DNA from: Eubacteriales bacterium
GTDB lineage: Bacteria; Bacillota; Clostridia; Oscillospirales; CAG-382
Assembly: GCA_041672465.1 (NCBI GenBank)
Contig: JBAYZO010000006.1
Span: forward strand, 1,938-65,937
DNA: 64,000 bases
Reading direction: 5' to 3'
Part shown: one piece after another, positions 58,183 through 64,000 of the stretch
Position numbering within the stretch: position 1 is the first letter of the stretch
How the letters are laid out: each line of letters begins with the position of its first letter
Program-made: the position numbers and the translations under genes
The notes under the pieces: model-generated
Database searches by the model: none
What the model saw: only the letters and a program-made list of their open reading frames with translations
Told to the model about the DNA's origin: nothing

Positions 58183-58772
58183 GCGGGCTTTATTTCCCGG
58201 TGTTCGGCGGGAGGGTGAGGGTAAACATATTCGCCCCCGCCTGTTTTTGGATAATTGCCGTCTCGGAGGGAGTGCCGGCTTTTTTTTGCGTTTTGGCGGG
58301 GGCTCTTGTGCACGAGGCGGGGCATTTGATACTCATTTATTCGCACGGGCAAAAAGTGACCCGAGTTGATATCGAGCCGTTCGGCGGGACGATAGGCTAT
58401 ACCTCGGAGGGTCTCGGGTATACCGAAGAAGCCTCGATTTGCGCTGCGGGAATTTTTTTTAACTTGCTTTTCGCTTTTTTAGGATGTTTGCCGCTTGGGG
58501 TTTTACGGAGCGAATATCTGCTTTTATTTATATTTTCCTGTCTTTTTTTTGCTTTTATAAACATCATACCGCTTAAGACAAACGACGGCGGACACTTGAT
58601 TTACTTAAGAACAGCCAAAAACAAAGGGGAGGAAGCGGCCGAAAAAGCCTTGAAAACGGCGTCTGTTATCGGCGGGATTATTCTTGCCGCCCTTGGGATT
58701 TTTATCTTATATCTTTCGGACTTCAACAACGGTATGTGTGTTTTGTTCATACTTGCCGCCATACCGAAATAA
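58179..58772 (+). CDS. Site-2 protease (M50) family membrane metalloprotease, minimal SpoIVFB-like form
   Basis: HEAGH zinc motif in a TM helix, PFGG, and the second motif NIIPLKTNDG (NxxPxxxxDG). At 197 aa it has no CBS or PDZ domain. Confidence 0.8.
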   Translation: MSGLYFPVFGGRVRVNIFAPACFWIIAVSEGVPAFFCVLAGALVHEAGHLILIYSHGQKVTRVDIEPFGGTIGYTSEGLGYTEEASICAAGIFFNLLFAFLGCLPLGVLRSEYLLLFIFSCLFFAFINIIPLKTNDGGHLIYLRTAKNKGEEAAEKALKTASVIGGIILAALGIFILYLSDFNNGMCVLFILAAIPK

Positions 58773-58832
58773 AACCTTGATTTCGCCGGCCTTTTATGGT
58801 ACAATATGCGCTGAAAGGTTTGGTTGCGAAAT

Positions 58833-60461
58833 ATGAAAAAACTGCTCTTTTTAGTTCTGACGATTTTACTTTCGCTGTCGCTTGGGTACTGCGCGGGCGG
58901 AAACGGTGACAATACCGGAAAAAGCGAAACCGTCAGCAACGCCCCGGCGTCTGAATACAATTCATCCTCCAATGGCGGTCTTACATACCCCTCGTCGCCC
59001 GAAAGCGCGGGCAGCGCCGATAGGTCACAGCCCTCGGGTCTTTCGGAAGAGACAAGCCCGAACGACAGCGTTCAGGTTTCGGAACCTGTCTCCGAAGAGC
59101 CCTCCGTTCCGGAGGAAAGCTCGCGGACAAGCGGTGAGGTTTCAATAAATTCACCTGAAGTATCAACCCCGGCGCAAGTGAGTTCTGAAGAACCTTCGGA
59201 AGAGCCATCTGAAGAACCGTCGGTTGAATCATCGGAAGAACCTTCGGAAGAGCCGTCGGAAGAACCCTCTGAAGAGCCGTCAGAAGAGCCCTCAGAAGAA
59301 GAGCCTCCTAAAAAAGAGACAGCCGCCACCCCGTCCGTTTACGGCTGCACAAAGCTTTATGACGGGGCGTTTGTGATACTCGGCACCTGCGAAAACAACG
59401 CAACCATTTATTTCACCGCAAACGGCGTTACCGATTCCACAAATTCGGACCACGGCTTTTTCTCGGTAAGGGTAAAATCAATGGCGTCTTCGCTTGGCGT
59501 TTCGCTCTGGGCGGTTGTGGATGGTAAAGAAAACAGCAAAAAGTTAAGCTACACCGCGGTGCCCAAAGCGGTTTCCACCGATATGTGGGATATCATTGCC
59601 GGAAAAGACTATCAGTTCCACCTCGGGCTTACGCTGAACGACCACCTGCGTAACAACCTTTACAGTCAGTCGCAGCTAAGTGAACTCACCCAGCGCCTAA
59701 AGGCAAGGCAGGCGTCGCTCGGCGACACTCAAATTATATATGTGCTCGTGCCCTCCCCCGCCGAAATTTACCCCGAGACCATGCCGGCCGAATACAAACA
59801 AATCGGCAGTATCTCAAGGCTTGACCAAGTAATGAGCGCTATAAAAAAAGCCGGTGTGTCTTGCATAAACTTAAAATCGCTTTTCACCGAGCATAAAAAC
59901 GACGCTTATAAATTATATTGGAAGACAGACTCGCACTGGTCGGAATACGGAGCGTTTTTGGCTTATAAAGAAATTTTTGACCTTGTGTCCGAAAGATTCC
60001 CGAACGCCGCCGCGAGAAGTTTTGACGAGTTTAACTGGGTGAGCGACTTTTATGTGGGGGGCGATATGTCGTATTACCTTGAGTACTACAACGGCGTGTA
60101 CAGCCCGAACCTGCCCATGAAAGAGTACAGTTACCTCAGAGTGCCGAAATTTAGCATGCCGTCCGCGATAAAACAAATAAAACGGTATGTCAGCGATAAG
60201 ATTTTAATATTTGACCAGACGGCAATGACGTCAAAAATGGTTATTGAGACAAACCGCCCGAACCTCCCGAACGCCATTGTTATGCGAGACTCTTATTCCA
60301 CCCAGCTCTATGACATTCTTGCCGAACGCTTTAACCTCACCTGCTATGAGCCGATGTGGTCGTTCACTTTCAGCGAGCGGGAAATAAGCAGATATAACGC
60401 GGATTTTGTAATTTATATTATAGTTGAGAGAAATCTTGACTCCGTATTTAACTTTGGATGA
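58833..60461 (+). CDS. DHHW-family / AlgJ-AlgX-like SGNH-type lipoprotein (paralog 2)
   Basis: Lipobox LGYC, a long Ser/Glu/Pro repeat linker, a beta-rich domain, then KTDSHWSEYGAFLAYKEIF. It is colinear with 24149-25480. Confidence 0.7.
   Translation: MKKLLFLVLTILLSLSLGYCAGGNGDNTGKSETVSNAPASEYNSSSNGGLTYPSSPESAGSADRSQPSGLSEETSPNDSVQVSEPVSEEPSVPEESSRTSGEVSINSPEVSTPAQVSSEEPSEEPSEEPSVESSEEPSEEPSEEPSEEPSEEPSEEEPPKKETAATPSVYGCTKLYDGAFVILGTCENNATIYFTANGVTDSTNSDHGFFSVRVKSMASSLGVSLWAVVDGKENSKKLSYTAVPKAVSTDMWDIIAGKDYQFHLGLTLNDHLRNNLYSQSQLSELTQRLKARQASLGDTQIIYVLVPSPAEIYPETMPAEYKQIGSISRLDQVMSAIKKAGVSCINLKSLFTEHKNDAYKLYWKTDSHWSEYGAFLAYKEIFDLVSERFPNAAARSFDEFNWVSDFYVGGDMSYYLEYYNGVYSPNLPMKEYSYLRVPKFSMPSAIKQIKRYVSDKILIFDQTAMTSKMVIETNRPNLPNAIVMRDSYSTQLYDILAERFNLTCYEPMWSFTFSEREISRYNADFVIYIIVERNLDSVFNFG
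59187..59308 (+). repeat. 12-nt tandem repeat encoding (SEEP)n linker
   Basis: GAAGARCCNTCN is repeated about 10 times and encodes EEPSEEPSEEPS.... Confidence 0.85.
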
Positions 60462-60480
60462 ACTTTATTTGGATTATGTG

Positions 60481-60509
60481 TTGACAAAACGGAAAAAGCA
60501 TATTATACT
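60481..60509 (+). promoter_or_regulatory. Sigma-A promoter
   Basis: TTGACA (60481-60486), a 17-nt spacer, then TATACT (60504-60509). Confidence 0.55.
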
Positions 60510-60604
60510 TATTCTTAGATGGGTATAGAATAAGTTGCTATGAAAGCAATATACCGTAAACATCAATATACCACAATAATATTTTTAAGGAGTGTAAGAC
60601 AGAC

Positions 60605-61648
60605 ATGAAGAAAATTTCAGCGCTTATTTTAGTTTTTCTCCTTGTTGCGGCAAGCGTTTCAACGCTTGTGGTAAATGTCTCGGCCGAAAACGCGGACAAC
60701 AGGGAATTCACCGTTTACAGGGTTGAGACAGCTCCCACGATCGACGGCGTTATTGAGGAGGGCGAATACCCGCTTCTGACAAGCTGGCCCGACGACCAAC
60801 AAATGTCCAACAGGGGCGACTACGTGAACAACATCTCGGCATACATATATATGTGCTATGACGAGGACTACCTTTACTACGCGGTCAAGACCGAATGCGA
60901 CTCCCCCCACGTGGCGATGATGGACAACGACGCGCAGCATTGGGTGTTTAACGCCCATCACCTAATGACCCTTATTATCCCGGATGACCCCACAAACGGC
61001 ATTTATCCCGACGGAAGCGCCGGCTGGGCCGACCTTTACAACGGCGGATTTTGCTATGAGTGGACAATGATTTACACAAGCGAAGCCACTCCGTCCCACG
61101 GCGAGGGCGAAGCTTTCGCCACCGACCACTTCGGCAATTTGATTGCCGGCAATTTAGCTACATACGCCTGCGGAAGCGACGGCGACTATGATATGTATGA
61201 AATTAAAATACCCTGGTCGTCAATGAAATCCTCAAAGCAAACCACCCCTCTTATCGGCGAGGAAGGCACTGTTTTCGGCATAGACCTGACAATCGGGCTC
61301 ACCGACATCAATAACGACGCCGATGTAATTGCCAACGGCGGTTATGACGGCGGGGACGGCGTTTACAAAGGCAACTATCTGTATCTCGCCGACTGCTACG
61401 CACATGGCCCGAAAACCCTTAACGCCTGCGCGGTTATGACCCTTGGGGATCTGTATCAGGACACCATTGTCGATGAATCCAGCGAACCTGCCGAGGAAAC
61501 AAGCGAACCCGCCGCGGAAACAAGCGAACCGGCCGAGGAATCAAGCTCTAAAGACCCCACCCCTCCCACCGGGGACAGCGGTTTTGCGGCGCTTGCGATA
61601 CTAACTGTCGTCGCGCTTGCCGGAATTGTAATTGCTAAGAGAAAATAA
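60605..61648 (+). CDS. Secreted CBM9/DOMON-like carbohydrate-binding protein with C-terminal anchor
   Basis: Signal peptide, ETAPTIDGVIEEGEYP motif and SEPAEET repeats. The C-terminus is PPTGDSGF followed by a hydrophobic helix and KRK. Confidence 0.55.
   Translation: MKKISALILVFLLVAASVSTLVVNVSAENADNREFTVYRVETAPTIDGVIEEGEYPLLTSWPDDQQMSNRGDYVNNISAYIYMCYDEDYLYYAVKTECDSPHVAMMDNDAQHWVFNAHHLMTLIIPDDPTNGIYPDGSAGWADLYNGGFCYEWTMIYTSEATPSHGEGEAFATDHFGNLIAGNLATYACGSDGDYDMYEIKIPWSSMKSSKQTTPLIGEEGTVFGIDLTIGLTDINNDADVIANGGYDGGDGVYKGNYLYLADCYAHGPKTLNACAVMTLGDLYQDTIVDESSEPAEETSEPAAETSEPAEESSSKDPTPPTGDSGFAALAILTVVALAGIVIAKRK
61481..61548 (+). repeat. 21-nt tandem repeat encoding SEPA(E/A)ET linker
   Basis: AGCGAACCNGCCGNGGAAACA is repeated three times. 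Confidence 0.75.
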
Positions 61649-61686
61649 AATAAAAACAAGTTTGTTTTTATAATAAGTAAAACCGG

Positions 61687-61716
61687 ACAAAACCGCCTTT
61701 TTAAGGGCGGTTTTGT
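61687..61716. terminator. Bidirectional terminator between convergent genes
   Basis: ACAAAACCGCC-loop-GGCGGTTTTGT with A/T runs on both sides. Confidence 0.7.
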
Positions 61717-61738
61717 TATGGTCAGATATAAAAGGCTT

Positions 61739-62494
61739 TTATTTTGTCAGCCAGTCAAGCGCGGGTTGGATCTCATCGTCCCAATACTCCCAAGTATGCG
61801 AGCCGGGGGATTCTTTATAGGCGACTTCAAAACCCTTTTCGGTAAGGAATTTTTTAAGGTTTCTGTTGCAATCGATAAGCCCGTCCTCGGTTCCGCAGAC
61901 AAGGTAAAATTTGGGCTTTTTCCCCCCGCGACTAAGCAGTTTTTCGGCGGCGTACTCGACAGTGTGGGCTTCGCGATCGCGCGGGGGGCCGAAAATTGAG
62001 TTCCAATAAGGAGTGTCGGGGCGCTTATCAACGTTAAAAGAACCCGAGAGCGAAACCGCTTTAGAAAAAGTATCGCTTTCCCACAGCGCGGCCTTGACGC
62101 TGCCGTAACCCCCCATGGAAAGCCCGGCTATCCAGTTGTCCTCCCGCTTTGGGGACATTTTGGGGAAGAAATCACGGCAAATTCCCGGGAGTTCCTTTGA
62201 CACAAAGGTAAAATATTTTAAATACCCGCACTCCATGTCTGTGTACCAGCCCAAGTTTGTGGCCGGCATTACGACGGCGATGCCTTTATACGCGGCGTAG
62301 CGCTCAATCGAGGTCCTCCGCTGCCAGATGGTGTGATCGTCGCTCATGCCGTGGAGGAGGTACAGCGTGGGATAGGTTGCGGAGGAAGTTGTCTCCAGCC
62401 CTATCTGCCCGGTAGTCGACTGGGGTATAATCACGTCCATATTCACACACATTCCCAGTACGTTTGAAAAAAAGTTAACATGCATCAGCGCCAT
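61739..62494 (-). CDS. Esterase-family alpha/beta hydrolase (esterase D / tributyrin esterase-like)
   Basis: YLLHGMSDDH and nucleophile elbow GLSMGGYG, plus a C-terminal His region. An AAGGAG SD lies upstream. Confidence 0.8.
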   Translation of the reverse strand: MALMHVNFFSNVLGMCVNMDVIIPQSTTGQIGLETTSSATYPTLYLLHGMSDDHTIWQRRTSIERYAAYKGIAVVMPATNLGWYTDMECGYLKYFTFVSKELPGICRDFFPKMSPKREDNWIAGLSMGGYGSVKAALWESDTFSKAVSLSGSFNVDKRPDTPYWNSIFGPPRDREAHTVEYAAEKLLSRGGKKPKFYLVCGTEDGLIDCNRNLKKFLTEKGFEVAYKESPGSHTWEYWDDEIQPALDWLTK

Positions 62495-62535
62495 TTTTCT
62501 TCTCCTTGTTATATGAAAATTTATCCTGTAACCTT

Positions 62536-62879
62536 TGTAAAATTGAGTAACTTCAAGTTTTTAACGCTTTCGCTGTAACTGTTTAATTCAGCAATTCACC
62601 CTTTAAGCTTTATAAAATTGGGTAATGCAAGTTTTTGATGCTTTCGCTGTAATAAATTAACAAATTGTCTTTCAATTGTTGTAAAATCAAAGAATGCAAG
62701 TTTTTGACGGTTTCGCTTTAGCGAAATTGCAGTTGTTTAAACTGCAAAATCAAAAACTTGCCGGCTTAACTGACAATTCACCCTTTAAGCTTTATAAAAT
62801 TTGGTAATGCAAGTTTTTGATGCTTTCGCTTTAGCGAAATTGCAGTTGTTTAAACTGCAAAATCAAAAACTTGCCAGCC
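62536..62879. repeat. Array of four related repeat units; the last two are complete nested-hairpin elements
   Basis: Core TKTAAAAT-N7/8-(C/G)AAGTTTTTRAYGSTTTCGCT occurs four times. 62592-62649 and 62774-62832 differ by one base. 62711-62762 equals 62825-62876 (52 nt). Confidence 0.85.
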
Positions 62880-63582
62880 CAATTGAAACTTCCCCGCTGT
62901 CAAGCGCCATTATTCCCTCCGGGGTTTTAACAATTAGGCGGAATTTTTTATCTATATCAAGAACCCTGCCCGAAAAATTAATCCCACCGCGGACAAAGGA
63001 TACATCCCTCCCCGTAAGGCAGGATTTTTTTCTGTATTCGTCCACGCGGTCGGGGTGCCTTAGAAAGTCAAGGTCAAAATCAAGTTTTTCCGCGAGGCGG
63101 GAGGCAAGCCTTTGCCTTTCCGCCGGAACCACCCCCGCTTTATTTTTAAGCGTATCCGGCAGATTTACGCCGGGGAGGTTTACCCCCACCCCCACGATAA
63201 AACCGTCATACCCGGGCGATTTCCCCGCCGCAACACGCTCGGCAAGTATGCCGCAGACTTTTTTATTTCCGTGAAAAATATCGTTAACCCATTTTACCCG
63301 GAGTTCCAGCCCCGAAACCTCTTCTATCGCCGACAGCGCGGCAAGCGCCGCCACGGGGGTGACAAGCGTAAAATCGCCGGGTTTTATGTCCTCAAAACAG
63401 TAATAGGCGGAAAAATAAACCCCGCCGTCAGAAGAATAAAAACTTTTGCCCTGTCTTCCTCTCCCCGCCGTTTGGGTTCTCGCAAGCACCGCCGTGCCGT
63501 GCTTTGCCCCCTCCCTCGCCAAGGACTTTAAATAATTGTTTGTCGAATCGACGGTGTCTATATTTATAATATTAAAGGCCAA
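62863..63582 (-). CDS. birA: Biotin--[acetyl-CoA-carboxylase] ligase (group I, no DNA-binding domain)
   Basis: DSTNNYLK and GRGRQGKSF motifs, VKWVNDI, and a C-terminal SH3-like domain. The last codons lie in the repeat. Confidence 0.88.
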   Translation of the reverse strand: MAFNIINIDTVDSTNNYLKSLAREGAKHGTAVLARTQTAGRGRQGKSFYSSDGGVYFSAYYCFEDIKPGDFTLVTPVAALAALSAIEEVSGLELRVKWVNDIFHGNKKVCGILAERVAAGKSPGYDGFIVGVGVNLPGVNLPDTLKNKAGVVPAERQRLASRLAEKLDFDLDFLRHPDRVDEYRKKSCLTGRDVSFVRGGINFSGRVLDIDKKFRLIVKTPEGIMALDSGEVSIGLASF

Positions 63583-63694
63583 AAAATCACCTCAGAAAAT
63601 TATAGTCCCAAGGGGCGGTTTTGTCAAGATTCCTTGACAAAGCCGGGGCGCAAACGTATAATCAAAACATAAATTCAAAAAGGTTGTTGTTTTA

Positions 63695-64000
63695 ATGTTC
63701 CCGGAAATTAACCTTGGCTTTTTGGGTAGTCTCAGGCTTTACACCGTAATGGCCGCTATAGGGGTCGCCGTCTTTTGCCTGCTTGTTTATAAAGAGGTAA
63801 GCAGGATACAAAAAACCTCGCCGTTCCCCGAAAAAGCGTATATATTCCCAAAATTGGCGTGGAGCTTGTTTGGCGGCTATTTCGGCGCGCTTTTTTATGA
63901 CGCGGCGTTTAAATATGCCCAGCGGGGAGCTCTTGAGCTTAAAGGCATCGCGTTTTACGGCGGGCTAATCGGCGGGGTAATCACTCTGTACTTGTTTTTT
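63695..64000 (+). CDS. lgt: Prolipoprotein diacylglyceryl transferase (partial, runs off window)
   Basis: Hand translation gives MFPEINLGFLGSLRLYTVMAAIGVAVF...GIAFYGGLIGGVITLYLFF. This is the Lgt-like N-terminal pattern with the GxxFYGGLIGG motif. Confidence 0.6.
   Translation, partial: MFPEINLGFLGSLRLYTVMAAIGVAVFCLLVYKEVSRIQKTSPFPEKAYIFPKLAWSLFGGYFGALFYDAAFKYAQRGALELKGIAFYGGLIGGVITLYLFF

Noticed and set aside
60548-60573. Direct repeat CAATATACC-N8-CAATATACC in the leader of the CBM9-like gene
   Set aside because: It could be an operator, but at 9 bp in an AT-rich leader with no regulator gene nearby it is too weak to call.
62536-62879. Possibility that the repeat array is a small CRISPR array
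   Set aside because: Unit spacing is irregular (74/70/113 bp). The inter-repeat segments are themselves duplicated (57 bp nearly identical). The units are internally nested palindromes much longer than CRISPR repeats. No cas genes or leader are present.
62801-63274. 157-aa + strand ORF
   Set aside because: It starts inside repeat unit 4 and runs antisense to birA, so it is a shadow ORF.

Overview
The window looks like a chromosomal segment of a spore-forming member of the Clostridia. That placement rests on spoIIGA-sigE and a SCIFF ranthipeptide locus. All calls come from reading the ORF translations and the nucleotides by eye; no searches were run. Most of the window is housekeeping. It contains recG, sbcE/sbcF-like (yhaN/yhaO) repair genes, pgeF, tRNA-Met and tRNA-Glu, glyQS and glyA. 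It also contains a seven-gene pyr operon (pyrC-K-D-F-E-B-I), the rimP-nusA-ylxR-ylxQ-infB-rbfA-nrnA-truB operon, birA and a partial lgt. Six things deserve a second look. (1) A 53-codon SCIFF precursor gene is missing from the ORF track; it lies upstream of its radical SAM/SPASM maturase and its core deviates from the family signature. (2) Two ABC half-transporter genes each encode an N-terminal cytoplasmic domain ending in a C4 zinc ribbon, and they bracket a DUF1854 gene. (3) A dispersed nested-hairpin repeat family is present as a four-unit array at 62.5-62.9 kb plus one copy at 9.35 kb. (4) A 278-aa cysteine-rich protein has an internal CCISV duplication. (5) An Opp-type ABC operon has every component enlarged, including a roughly 350-residue insertion in OppD. 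(6) Two genes have conserved N-termini that begin behind strong Shine-Dalgarno sites but lack ATG, GTG or TTG. Two paralogous DHHW/AlgJ-like lipoproteins and several orphan proteins are also recorded.
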